NCBI GenBank assembly: GCA_022601535.1
Contig: JAJACK010000001.1
Location: 441,085-505,084 of the forward strand
DNA from: Chlamydiales bacterium
Lineage (GTDB): Bacteria; Chlamydiota; Chlamydiia; Chlamydiales; JAAKFR01
Direction: 5' to 3'
DNA: 64,000 nt
The notes beneath the pieces are model-generated. The model had not been told where the DNA came from. It saw only the letters and a program-made list of their open reading frames with translations, and did no database searches. Within the stretch, counting starts at the first letter, position 1. Every line of letters starts with the position of its first letter. Below, in pieces: positions 46,037-54,692 of the stretch. The position numbers and the translations under genes were made by a program.

Positions 46037-47289
46037 TTAATTCTTTGAGGCCATGCGCGACGCAATGCACTTTTTTTCACTGCGAGTGCGTGCTGTTGTA
46101 TCTCTTCCTCGGTCAATGAGGTTCGCTTCTGCCTCGTAATAAGATAAGTTTCATCCCCATCGGTGTACTCAAACCTTGAATCTTGATACTCCTCTATCTC
46201 ACTATATTGTGAGCCATATGGAATTTTAAGTTTCCCTATCTCTAAAGAAGAGAGTTCTTTAGGAGAATTAAACTCTAAATAAGGGTAATTATCAAAAGAC
46301 ATGGTGCTTTCAATAACCTCAAAATCTAAATGTTGTGGATCTATCGGCACCTGTACCACGCATTCATATGCGTTTTTAATGGAAGTTTTGGTGTTTTGTA
46401 GCTGTGGAAAAACAGTCTCATTTAGATAGTGTTCAAGAGTTTGATCGCTCTTCCAATTAGGGCACTCCTTCTGAACCTTCTCTTTAAATCTTTCAAAAGA
46501 ACACAAATTACCTTTTCCAAAAGCCACAAAATAAGGGACTTTAACGAGCATAGATGGAGCTTGCTGCATCGCTTCGATAAGCATTTCCATCTCTAAAACT
46601 GTTTCTGCTTCATCAGCTGTTAGAACAGTTCTATGTGTGCTTTGCTCTACATTAGATATAAAATGCTTTAACTCTCTAATCCATTCTCCACCCCCTCCTC
46701 TTGCTCCTCGGGTATATTCCTGCTGTCTAAATGGATCTGCAGTAAATGAAATTTCCACCTGTTGGCTTGAGTTTGCTTTATCATATCGCTCCTCAAACCA
46801 TTTAAAATAGTTTGTTTTCTCCACAATATCCTCTTTATGGTTCTCCCAAACATTTCTAATCCTAGTGATGATATCAGCAAGAGCTGGTGGGTAGCATGAG
46901 CTTATCCCATATGTTTTGAAGTGAGTATGAAAAAGAGAGGTTGTCCCATGAGCGATGTAAAAAGAGGCAATATGCTCTTCCCAAAACCCTTTGATTCTCT
47001 GGTCTTCTTGCTGAATATGGAAGGTTTCAAAAGACCTTAAGGCAACTTTGAAAGCCAATATTACCAGCGGAATAATCACCGTGCAATACGACACTATTTT
47101 CAAAGAAGTCGATAATAATGATGAAGACCCTTCCACAAGCTTCACCTCATTGCGACCCTCGCTTTCCAAGATGACTTCAGCTTTTAATCCCCCAAGGTAG
47201 AAATAAGCATCAACCTTTCCAAGAAAATGCTCTCTACATGAACAAGGGTTGTTGTAAGTGATCGGAGTAAAAAACCCAACAAACATCAA
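46021..47289 (-). CDS. Hypothetical membrane-anchored protein (422 aa)
   Basis: A single TM helix lies near the N-terminus (IVSYCTVIIPLVILAFKVAL), preceded by DAYFYLGGLKAEV. The large soluble C-terminal part has no recognised motif. Confidence 0.5.
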   Translation of the reverse strand: MMFVGFFTPITYNNPCSCREHFLGKVDAYFYLGGLKAEVILESEGRNEVKLVEGSSSLLSTSLKIVSYCTVIIPLVILAFKVALRSFETFHIQQEDQRIKGFWEEHIASFYIAHGTTSLFHTHFKTYGISSCYPPALADIITRIRNVWENHKEDIVEKTNYFKWFEERYDKANSSQQVEISFTADPFRQQEYTRGARGGGGEWIRELKHFISNVEQSTHRTVLTADEAETVLEMEMLIEAMQQAPSMLVKVPYFVAFGKGNLCSFERFKEKVQKECPNWKSDQTLEHYLNETVFPQLQNTKTSIKNAYECVVQVPIDPQHLDFEVIESTMSFDNYPYLEFNSPKELSSLEIGKLKIPYGSQYSEIEEYQDSRFEYTDGDETYLITRQKRTSLTEEEIQQHALAVKKSALRRAWPQRINQLVR

Positions 47290-47342
47290 TTAATTATAAC
47301 AAATATGCCTATTTAATTAAATGTTAAGCGTTTTTAAAAAAC

Positions 47343-47942
47343 TTAATTAACAGAGACTGGTTTAGCAAAATAGTCGACAAGCCCTTCAGGAGTTGCCTTC
47401 ATCGATTTTGCCCCTGTCTTCCAGTTCGCTGGGCAAACTTCACCGTTTGTCTCGAAGAAAATAAGTGCGTCGATCATCCGAAGCGTTTCATCCACAGAGC
47501 GGCCTAAAGGAAGGTCATTGATCAACTGGTGACGAACAATTCCTTCTCTATCAATTAGAAAGAGCCCTCTATAAGCGATCCCTTCATCCTCTTTGAGAAC
47601 GCCGTAGGTCGTTGCAATTTCTTTGTTGAGGTCTGAAAGAAGAGGATATTCAACCCCTTCGATTCCCCCTTTGCTCTGAGGAGTATTGAGCCATGCAACA
47701 TGCGAAAAAGGGCTATCAACAGAACATCCAACTAACTGGACGCCCCGCTTGGTGAACTCAGTATATTTTTCTTGAAAGGCGTGCAACTCGGTTGGACAGA
47801 CAAACGTGAAATCGAGAGGATAGAAAAAGAGACAGACATACTGTCCACTTAAAGAATCGAGCGTAAACTGCTCTTTAATTTCCCCTTTGACAACCGCTTT
47901 ACTTTTAAAGTTTGGAGCTTTTTTTCCTACAAGATTTGACAT
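47343..47942 (-). CDS. ahpC: 2-Cys peroxiredoxin (AhpC/Tsa family)
   Basis: 199 aa. The peroxidatic Cys motif is FFYPLDFTFVCPTEL, and the resolving Cys lies in GEVCPANW. Confidence 0.93.
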   Translation of the reverse strand: MSNLVGKKAPNFKSKAVVKGEIKEQFTLDSLSGQYVCLFFYPLDFTFVCPTELHAFQEKYTEFTKRGVQLVGCSVDSPFSHVAWLNTPQSKGGIEGVEYPLLSDLNKEIATTYGVLKEDEGIAYRGLFLIDREGIVRHQLINDLPLGRSVDETLRMIDALIFFETNGEVCPANWKTGAKSMKATPEGLVDYFAKPVSVN

Positions 47943-47960
47943 TTCTACCTCGGGTTAATT

Positions 47961-48034
47961 TGCACTGGAGAGGACTCGAACCTCTGACCCCCTGGTTCGT
48001 AGCCAGGTACTCTATCCAACTGAGCTACCAATGC
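47961..48034 (-). tRNA. tRNA-Arg (anticodon ACG)
   Basis: The minus strand reads GCATTGG TA GCTC AGTTGGATA GAGT A CCTGG CTACGAA CCAGG GGGTC AGAGG TTCGAGT CCTCT CCAGTGC A (74 nt). It forms a good cloverleaf. CCA is not encoded. Confidence 0.9.
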
Positions 48035-48286
48035 AGGCGTAATCGGCAGAGTATAGGGTGTTTTCTAAAATAGCACAATGGCTGTGTTGAAAATAGTGAG
48101 CCTTTTCAATAAATCTATACGACTCATCTAATTGGGAGCAGCACATAAAAATGAGATTTAAAAAGGATTTCACAGCCATTGCATCCAGTTGGGGAAAAAT
48201 CAAGCTTTACGAACTTTGGAAAAACCACGTCCTCAGCTGTATAAAAAATTCATTCAGCAAGATTCTTTCATCTGTTATAGATATGG

Positions 48287-49675
48287 ATGATGAATATTGT
48301 CATTATTGGTGCCAGTGATATCGGAACCCATCTTGCCTCTCTGTTTTCAGAGCAAGATCACCGGGTGATTTTAATCGATAAAGATCCGGCCAAAATTGAG
48401 CAAATTGGACGAGACCTCGATATTGCAACAAGGCTAGGACTTGGCACTGACTGGGAATTACTCGAAGAGTTGCTCGAATTCACCCCCGATCTTCTCATCG
48501 CTCTCACAAATGACGATGAGATCAACCTGGTCTCTTGTACAATTGCTAAAAATCTCGGCTACCCCCAAACAATCGCCCGTGTCCGGAAGAAAAAATACTT
48601 TATGCAAAGTCGTCTCAATTTTGAGCAGATTTTTTGTGTCGATCACCTCATTGGGCCTGAAAAATTAACCGCCGATGCCATTGCAAGTAAAATTCTCATC
48701 CCAGGATCTCTTGCCATTGAGAATTTTGCCCACGGGATGGTTCAGATGAGAACGATCAAAATTCCCTCTACATGGAAGAGACAAAAATTTCTACTACAAG
48801 ACAAAGAGAGATTTGAAGTTCCACAAAAGGTGATGGTTGGCTTGATTAAAAGATCGATCAAACACGAAATGCGGGGAAAAATTGTCTCAAAAAAAGAGCA
48901 AATTATCTTTCCCCATGGAAGAGACACTCTTTTAGCCGATGATGAAGTGACCTTTATCGGTGAAACGGAAGTGATTCGAAACCTCCATAAAATATTTGGG
49001 ATTGGGACAAAGATGCCCAAATCGGTAATGATTATTGGTGGCTCTCTTGTGGGGATCTATCTTGCTCAAACATTGATGGAACATCAAATTCGGGTGATGA
49101 TCTTAGAAAAAAACTATGAAAAATGTGCCCTTTTAGCGGAACTTTTACCCGCAGCAACGATTCTTCAAAAAGATGGATGTGACTACCGCTTTTTACAGGC
49201 TGAAAAAGTGGGAGAATACGATGTTGTCGTTTGCTGCACCCGTGATGATGAAGTGAATTTTTTGGCTGGGTCGATTGCAAAAGAGTTGGGGTGTGATAGC
49301 GTCATCTCTTCTCTTTCTGATACAAATTATCTCCCCCTTGTCACAAGTTTAGGAATCACGCAAGCGATCTCTCCTCGAAATTGTGTTGCCAATCGAATCT
49401 TGTCTATTGCAAGGCAAAGAAGTGTCACGTCAATGGTCTCACTCTACAACAACCGGGCAGAGATTATGGAGATGAAAGTTTCTCTCGATTCAAAAATTGC
49501 TGGTATTCCGATCCGTCTTTTGGGAAGAGAGTTGCCAAATGAAATGCTCATCGTTGCGATTCAAAGTCATGGAAGGATTTTAATCGCAGATGGAAACCGG
49601 GTTCTCTCTCCTGGAGATACGGTGATTGTGATTGCTAATCCCAAATACGTGGATGAAATCAAGAGGCTATTCTAA
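48287..49675 (+). CDS. trkA: Trk potassium uptake system NAD-binding subunit TrkA (two RCK modules)
   Basis: 462 aa. The first Rossmann motif is IVIIGASDIGTHLASLF..VILIDKD and the second is VMIIGGSLVGIYLAQTL...VMILEKN. Confidence 0.88.
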   Translation: MMNIVIIGASDIGTHLASLFSEQDHRVILIDKDPAKIEQIGRDLDIATRLGLGTDWELLEELLEFTPDLLIALTNDDEINLVSCTIAKNLGYPQTIARVRKKKYFMQSRLNFEQIFCVDHLIGPEKLTADAIASKILIPGSLAIENFAHGMVQMRTIKIPSTWKRQKFLLQDKERFEVPQKVMVGLIKRSIKHEMRGKIVSKKEQIIFPHGRDTLLADDEVTFIGETEVIRNLHKIFGIGTKMPKSVMIIGGSLVGIYLAQTLMEHQIRVMILEKNYEKCALLAELLPAATILQKDGCDYRFLQAEKVGEYDVVVCCTRDDEVNFLAGSIAKELGCDSVISSLSDTNYLPLVTSLGITQAISPRNCVANRILSIARQRSVTSMVSLYNNRAEIMEMKVSLDSKIAGIPIRLLGRELPNEMLIVAIQSHGRILIADGNRVLSPGDTVIVIANPKYVDEIKRLF

Positions 49676-51289
49676 ATGTTATACCGGGATATCCTAAGAG
49701 CTCTTGGATGCTACCTCTGGTTTTTGCTCATCCCTCTTGCCATCCCAACAGGAATCGCTATCTATACCGATTGGATTGTTGGGCCTGAAATCTATCCTCA
49801 ACCTCCTGCAGCATCTGCCTTTCTCATCACGATGGGAGTGACGGCACTTCTGGGTTTGATCTTCTGGTTGATTGGAAGAGGAAGAGCTGGACATCTCTAC
49901 AGGCGGGAAGGACTTCTTCTTGTCATCATCGTCTATTTTCTCACCTCTTTGATCGGATCTCTTCCCTATCTTCTCAACCGAACATTTGACAACCCTGTCG
50001 ACGCTTTTTTTGAAGCAGTTTCTGGCTTTACAACAACTGGTGCAACGGTGATGCAACCGAAAAAATATGAGGCTGATAAAGAGATCCCTTATGTTGAAAC
50101 ATATGAAACTGGTGCATCAACAACCTACACTTTTTTTGGAACCATTGCTCCTGTCATCGAAAAATCATCAGGAAGGGTTTTGCTCACAGGAATCGAAGCG
50201 GTCAGTCCTGCTCTTCTTTTTTGGCGGAGCTTCACCCAATGTTTAGGGGGAGGAGGAATTATCGTCTTGTTCGTCGCTATCTTGCCTGCCCTTGGAGTAG
50301 GTGGTAAAGTCCTCTGTCAGACGGAGATGACCGGGCCGACAAAAGAATCGATGTTTCCTCGAATCAAAGAGACTGCAAGTCTTCTTTGGAAAGTATATGC
50401 CGGCTTTATCTTGCTCGAAACGTGCTTGTTGATGTTGACGAACAACCGCTTCTCCTTTTTTGATGCGATCACCATTAGCTTTTCTACTCTTTCAACAGGC
50501 GGCTTTACACCTAAAAATGCAGGCATTGCTTTTTTTGCAAGCTCGACGACCAACTGGCTTATCCTCTTCTTTATGTTGATGGGAAGTATCAATTTCACTC
50601 TCTATTTTCTTATGATGCGTGGCAAATTCTCACGGCTAAATGACCCAGAATTAAAGGGTTTTATTTCAATTGTTCTGATTGCATGCGCGATTTGTACATG
50701 GCAACTTTGGGGGAAAGGGGGATACAATTTCCTCGAATCGCTCCAGTATGGCTCTTTCCAAGCAATTTCAGCACAAACCTCAACAGGTTTTACCACAGCC
50801 AACTACAATCTCTGGCCTTTTGGAGCGCAAGCGCTGATGTTGATTCTCTTTTTTGTTGGAGGAATGGCAGGCTCAACAGCAGGAGGGATCAAAATTATCC
50901 GTGAACAAACTTTTTTCAAAATCTTGGTCAATAAAATTGAATCGATTTATAGACCAGATACAGTAAGAGAGTACCGACTTGGACATTCGATTATCGACTC
51001 AAAAACAGCGATGAATGTTCTCTGTTTTCTCATGATTGTCGCATCCCTAACTATTGTTGCGACATTTGTCTTTATTTTAATTGGGATTGATCCTGAAACA
51101 AGCCTCTCTTCTGCTGGCTGCATGATCAATAATGTTGGTATCGCTTTTCGAATGGCAGGGCCGACTCAATCGTTTGCATTTCTCTCTAATTTTGGCAAAC
51201 TGCTCTCTTGCTTCCTGATGATTGCAGGAAGATTGGAGTTCTTTGCCATCCTAATCGCCTTTGCCCCATCATTTTGGCGTAAAGCTTAA
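49676..51289 (+). CDS. trkH: Trk/Ktr-type potassium transporter membrane subunit TrkH
   Basis: 537 aa polytopic protein with selectivity-filter-like repeats: SGFTTTGATV, LSTGGFTP, AQTSTGFTT and GGMAGSTAGGIK. The ATG immediately follows the trkA stop. Confidence 0.88.
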   Translation: MLYRDILRALGCYLWFLLIPLAIPTGIAIYTDWIVGPEIYPQPPAASAFLITMGVTALLGLIFWLIGRGRAGHLYRREGLLLVIIVYFLTSLIGSLPYLLNRTFDNPVDAFFEAVSGFTTTGATVMQPKKYEADKEIPYVETYETGASTTYTFFGTIAPVIEKSSGRVLLTGIEAVSPALLFWRSFTQCLGGGGIIVLFVAILPALGVGGKVLCQTEMTGPTKESMFPRIKETASLLWKVYAGFILLETCLLMLTNNRFSFFDAITISFSTLSTGGFTPKNAGIAFFASSTTNWLILFFMLMGSINFTLYFLMMRGKFSRLNDPELKGFISIVLIACAICTWQLWGKGGYNFLESLQYGSFQAISAQTSTGFTTANYNLWPFGAQALMLILFFVGGMAGSTAGGIKIIREQTFFKILVNKIESIYRPDTVREYRLGHSIIDSKTAMNVLCFLMIVASLTIVATFVFILIGIDPETSLSSAGCMINNVGIAFRMAGPTQSFAFLSNFGKLLSCFLMIAGRLEFFAILIAFAPSFWRKA

Positions 51290-51724
51290 ACCCCTTTCAC
51301 ACGATGATTCACGCCTTAATAGATAGATTGTGCAAAGCATCATGACAGTAGTAACTAAAAGACAACATTTCATGAGAAAACGGTCTCGATCGACATTTTT
51401 TACATAACGAGCAACACGAGTCAAATCTTGGCACACTTCTGGGTCTAATTTGCTCTTACTATTTCTTCTTCTGAGTTTTGGACCCGTACCTCCAGCGGCC
51501 TCTAACTGAGAGATCTCATTGCAAACATCTCTCCAATATCGATTTGGAGCATCCCACTGACAATTTGATGGGTTAGGATACACCAATTTCAAGTGATGCC
51601 CCCCCCATGTTACAATGAGCATCTCTCCTGCTGTGAAAGCCTCTCTCTGCTCTTCTAGAGAAATGATTGTATGATCAGGATCGGCAAAATTGCATAAATC
51701 GCTACATTTCTGTGTTGCTGTCAT
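51269..51724 (-). CDS. Hypothetical Cys-rich protein with C-terminal TM anchor (151 aa)
   Basis: The ORF has an ATG start and a single hydrophobic segment near the C-terminus (CCLLVTTVMMLCTIYLL). No motif was recognised. Confidence 0.4.
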   Translation of the reverse strand: MTATQKCSDLCNFADPDHTIISLEEQREAFTAGEMLIVTWGGHHLKLVYPNPSNCQWDAPNRYWRDVCNEISQLEAAGGTGPKLRRRNSKSKLDPEVCQDLTRVARYVKNVDRDRFLMKCCLLVTTVMMLCTIYLLRRESSCERGLSFTPK

Positions 51725-51757
51725 AAGCGCTCTCCTTTTTTGAAAAAAGATAAAGAA

Positions 51758-51796
51758 AAACCCACGAAAAATCTATCGAAAATTTCTCGTGGGTTT
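51758..51796 (-). terminator. Rho-independent terminator downstream of groEL
   Basis: A 15-bp stem with one mismatch (aaacccacgaaaaat 51758-51772 / atttctcgtgggttt 51782-51796) encloses a 9-nt loop. On the minus strand it is followed by a T-rich run (complement of 51740-51757). It begins 27 nt after the groEL stop. Confidence 0.75.
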
Positions 51797-51822
51797 AGAT
51801 CAAGTGGTCAAGAAGATGAAAT

Positions 51823-53523
51823 TTACATCATTCCCATGCCGGGCATTCCGCCCATACCACCCATTCCAGGCATGCCGCCCATTCCGCCCATTCCAGGCAT
51901 TCCGCCCATGCCACCCATACCATCCATGGCGGGAGCATCTGATTTTGGCTCAGGTTTGTCGGTGATCATTGCAGCTGTTGTAAGCAGAAGGCCACACACC
52001 GATGTTGCATGACGAAGAGCACTTTTAGTCACAAGAACAGGATCGATCACTCCAGCTTCGACAAGATCCATGAACTCGCCAACAAGGCCGTTGTAACCCC
52101 AGTTCTTTTTCCCTTCATACACTTTCTCAGCAATGAGATTTCCTTGCTCTCCACAGTTTGATGCAATTGCTGTTGCAGGAGCAAAGACTGCTCGTCGCAG
52201 GATTTGAACACCGAGGAGCTCGTCACCAGTTAGCTTTAAGCTATCTAGCTTATCTACAACACGGAGAAGAGCGACTCCACCACCGGGAACAATCCCTTCG
52301 GCAACAGCAGCACGTGTTGCATGCAGAGCATCTTCTACGCGCATTTTTTTCTCTTTCATCTCAGTCTCAGTCGCAGCACCCACACGGATCACAGCAACAC
52401 CACCAGCGAGCTTGGCAAGCCGCTCTTCAAGTTTTTCTCGGTCGTAATCAGAGTCACTATTGGCAATCTCTGCGCGGATTTGAGCAATACGTCCTTCAAG
52501 ACGTTTCCCATCTCCACTTCCATCGACAATTGTGGTCTCTTCTTTTGAGATTTTGACCTGTTTTGCCATTCCAAGCACTTCTAAGCCCGCTTCTTCGAGA
52601 TTTAACCCAATCTCTTCAGAAATAACCGTTGCTCCTGTAACACATGCAATATCTTCTAACATCGCTTTTTTTCGATCACCAAAGGCAGGTGCTTTCACAG
52701 CACAAACTGGAAGACTTGCTTTCAATTTGTTCACAACAAGTGTTGCTAATGCTTCAGAATCGACATCTTCAGCAATGATCAGAAGAGGCTTTGGCCCTCC
52801 TTCCATCGCTTTTTCTAAGATAGGAACAAGCTCTTTTGCCGAAGAGACTTTCTTGTCGATCAACAAGATACGTGCATTGTCGAGTTCAACACTCATGTTT
52901 TGTGGATTAGTGATAAAGTAAGGGGAGAGGAACCCTTTATCAAACTGCATACCTTCAACGACATCGAGAACAGTATCGATCCCCTTCGCCTCATCTACAG
53001 TGATGATTCCATCTTTTCCAACTTTTTCCATCGCCTCTGCAATGATTCCTCCAACAGAAGGGTCGTTGTTTGCAGAAATAGTTGCAATTTGCTTCACCTC
53101 TTCGTGCTCTTTAATCGGAGAGGCAATCTTCGAAAGCTCTTCTGTTAAAAGTGCACACGCTTGGTCAAGTCCTCGTTTGAGGCTCATTGGATTTGCACCG
53201 GCTGAAACATTTTTAACCCCTTCAGAGAAAATTGCTTGAGCTAAAACAATCGCTGTTGTAGTTCCATCTCCGGCAACATCTGACGTTTTAGAAGCAACTT
53301 CTTTCACAAGAGAGGCTCCCATGTTTTCAAACTTATCTTTGTGAGAAACTTCCTTTGCAACGGTTACACCATCTTTTGTAGAAAGAGGAGAGCCGTAGCT
53401 CTTTTTAATCACCACATTTCGTCCTTTAGGACCAAGTGTGACCGTGACAGCTTTTGCAAGTTTAGAAATTCCCTGTGCAATCGCCTTAAGGGCTTCATCT
53501 TTAAATTTAAACATCTTTGACAT
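51823..53523 (-). CDS. groL: Chaperonin GroEL (60 kDa) with GGM/P repeat tail
   Basis: 566 aa with AVKAPGFGDRRK-like [12 protein letters not shown] and GDGTTTA. The C-terminus is D(GMGGMGGMP)x3 GMGMM. Confidence 0.97.
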   Translation of the reverse strand: MSKMFKFKDEALKAIAQGISKLAKAVTVTLGPKGRNVVIKKSYGSPLSTKDGVTVAKEVSHKDKFENMGASLVKEVASKTSDVAGDGTTTAIVLAQAIFSEGVKNVSAGANPMSLKRGLDQACALLTEELSKIASPIKEHEEVKQIATISANNDPSVGGIIAEAMEKVGKDGIITVDEAKGIDTVLDVVEGMQFDKGFLSPYFITNPQNMSVELDNARILLIDKKVSSAKELVPILEKAMEGGPKPLLIIAEDVDSEALATLVVNKLKASLPVCAVKAPAFGDRKKAMLEDIACVTGATVISEEIGLNLEEAGLEVLGMAKQVKISKEETTIVDGSGDGKRLEGRIAQIRAEIANSDSDYDREKLEERLAKLAGGVAVIRVGAATETEMKEKKMRVEDALHATRAAVAEGIVPGGGVALLRVVDKLDSLKLTGDELLGVQILRRAVFAPATAIASNCGEQGNLIAEKVYEGKKNWGYNGLVGEFMDLVEAGVIDPVLVTKSALRHATSVCGLLLTTAAMITDKPEPKSDAPAMDGMGGMGGMPGMGGMGGMPGMGGMGGMPGMGMM

Positions 53524-53536
53524 AGTAATATGATCC

Positions 53537-53821
53537 TTAGTTGAGAATTCCTAGAATATCGTCTTCTGAAAGGATGAGGTACTCATCATCCCCTTCTTTA
53601 ATTTCGGTTCCTGCATAAGAGGAGAGAAGAACGCGATCACCCTCTTTAACAGCCATAGGCTCTAGATCTCCATTTTCGTTCTCTTTCCCAGGCCCAACTC
53701 TTACAACTTCACCCTCTTGAGGCTTCTCTCGAGCTGTGTCAGGGAGCAAGATCCCCCCCTTTGAACTTTCTGCTTTACATCGTTTAACAAGTACACGATT
53801 TTTCAATGGTTTGGCTTTCAT
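53537..53821 (-). CDS. groS: Co-chaperonin GroES
   Basis: 94 aa: [11 protein letters not shown]...[24 protein letters not shown]...[15 protein letters not shown]. The SD sequence GGAGGAG lies just upstream. Confidence 0.95.
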   Translation of the reverse strand: MKAKPLKNRVLVKRCKAESSKGGILLPDTAREKPQEGEVVRVGPGKENENGDLEPMAVKEGDRVLLSSYAGTEIKEGDDEYLILSEDDILGILN

Positions 53822-53848
53822 AGCTCCTCCGTTTTTTTAGTAAAGGAT

Positions 53849-53877
53849 AGAGTAGACGATCACCCAATTCCTGTCAA
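53849..53877 (-). promoter_or_regulatory. Candidate groESL promoter
   Basis: On the minus strand, TTGACA (53872-53877) is followed by a 17-nt spacer and TACTCT (53849-53854). The -10 element lies about 28 nt upstream of the groES ATG. Confidence 0.4.
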
Positions 53878-53885
53878 TAGAAAAG

Positions 53886-53912
53886 CTAGCAAACAAGCCC
53901 CTCTAGTGCTAA
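53886..53912 (-). promoter_or_regulatory. CIRCE-like (HrcA operator-like) inverted repeat upstream of groES
   Basis: The minus strand reads TTAGCACTA-GAGGGGCTT-GTTTGCTAG, against the consensus TTAGCACTC-N9-GAGTGCTAA. The left arm matches 8/9 and the right arm 6/9. The element overlaps the last 8 codons and the stop codon of mtnN. Confidence 0.4.
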
Positions 53913-54680
53913 CTCCTCCCGCTTGCTGAGCCGAGGATACAACTCTTTTAGGATTCCAAGAGAGTAGTGACTTGCAACGGATGAAAGAAATGTTTTGAAG
54001 TCGGTCATCGCATCATCGTTGGCCGAATCAGAAATCGTTCGGATGATAGAAAAAGGGATGCCATATTCATGGCACACTTGTCCGATTGCAGCTCCCTCCA
54101 TTTCAATACAACTCATCTCTGGCAATCGGTTTGATAAACGTTCATTCTCTTCACGGCTTGAGAGAAATTGGTCACCACTACCAATGACTCCTTCAACAAC
54201 TTTTGGTGAGGTGATCTGAAACATCTCTAATGTCTTTTGCTCAACAATTTCTCTAAGCCCTTTTTCTAAAAAATTGGTCGACGCTTCCTTCACCATTTGA
54301 TTCAATTCTCGATCGGGGACTATGTTTGTCAAACCCAGAAGAGGAATTTCATATCGAGGGAAAAGGGGGGATGCATCCATATCGTGTTGCATCAATGCGC
54401 TTGCAATAACAATATCCCCCACATTTAGATTTTTATGGAGGGCTCCGGCAACCCCTGTAAACAGCACTAGATCGGGTTGAAATTCTGCAATCAGCTGTGT
54501 TGCCGTCATTGTTGCCGCGACTTTCCCTATTCTTGAAACAACAATGACACTCTCTACCCCCCAAAGATTCCCATGAACATAGTCTCTCATCCCTTTTTCA
54601 ATCTGCGCAACAGGTTGGTCCATGTGGCTCAAGATAAGATCATTTTCACTTTGCATCGCACTAATAATTCCTACCCGCAT
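53886..54680 (-). CDS. mtnN: 5'-methylthioadenosine/S-adenosylhomocysteine nucleosidase family (Pfs/MtnN; possibly futalosine-type nucleosidase)
   Basis: 264 aa with MRVGIISAMQSE, FTGVAGAL and IEMEGAAIGQVCHEYGIPFSIIRTISDSA. Confidence 0.85.
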   Translation of the reverse strand: MRVGIISAMQSENDLILSHMDQPVAQIEKGMRDYVHGNLWGVESVIVVSRIGKVAATMTATQLIAEFQPDLVLFTGVAGALHKNLNVGDIVIASALMQHDMDASPLFPRYEIPLLGLTNIVPDRELNQMVKEASTNFLEKGLREIVEQKTLEMFQITSPKVVEGVIGSGDQFLSSREENERLSNRLPEMSCIEMEGAAIGQVCHEYGIPFSIIRTISDSANDDAMTDFKTFLSSVASHYSLGILKELYPRLSKREELALEGLVC

Positions 54681-54692
54681 CGCCTATTTCCT

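Noticed and set aside
47290-47342. Three TTAATTA(A) palindromic words occur in the AT-rich spacer between ahpC and the 422-aa gene.
   Set aside because: Short AT-only palindromes are expected by chance in an AT-rich spacer. There is no flanking conservation or spacing logic that I can verify.
48012-48203. A 63-aa minus-strand ORF lies upstream of trkA.
   Set aside because: It overlaps the tRNA-Arg gene on the same strand, and it has no motif and no ribosome-binding site. The region is better explained as a non-coding leader (see the inverted-repeat finding).
51826-51933. A 27-bp unit is repeated three times at the 3' end of groEL; it was considered as a possible VNTR or slippage-prone repeat.
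   Set aside because: The copies differ at synonymous positions (GGT/GGC/GGA). The encoded Gly-Met-rich tail is a normal conserved GroEL feature, so it is not an independent repeat element.
51740-52012. A 90-aa plus-strand ORF encodes a striking proline-rich repeat ([30 protein letters not shown]).
   Set aside because: It is the reverse complement of the GroEL C-terminal (GMGGMGGMP)x3 tail. The repeat is a mirror artefact of a well-known GroEL feature, and the ORF also runs through the groEL terminator.
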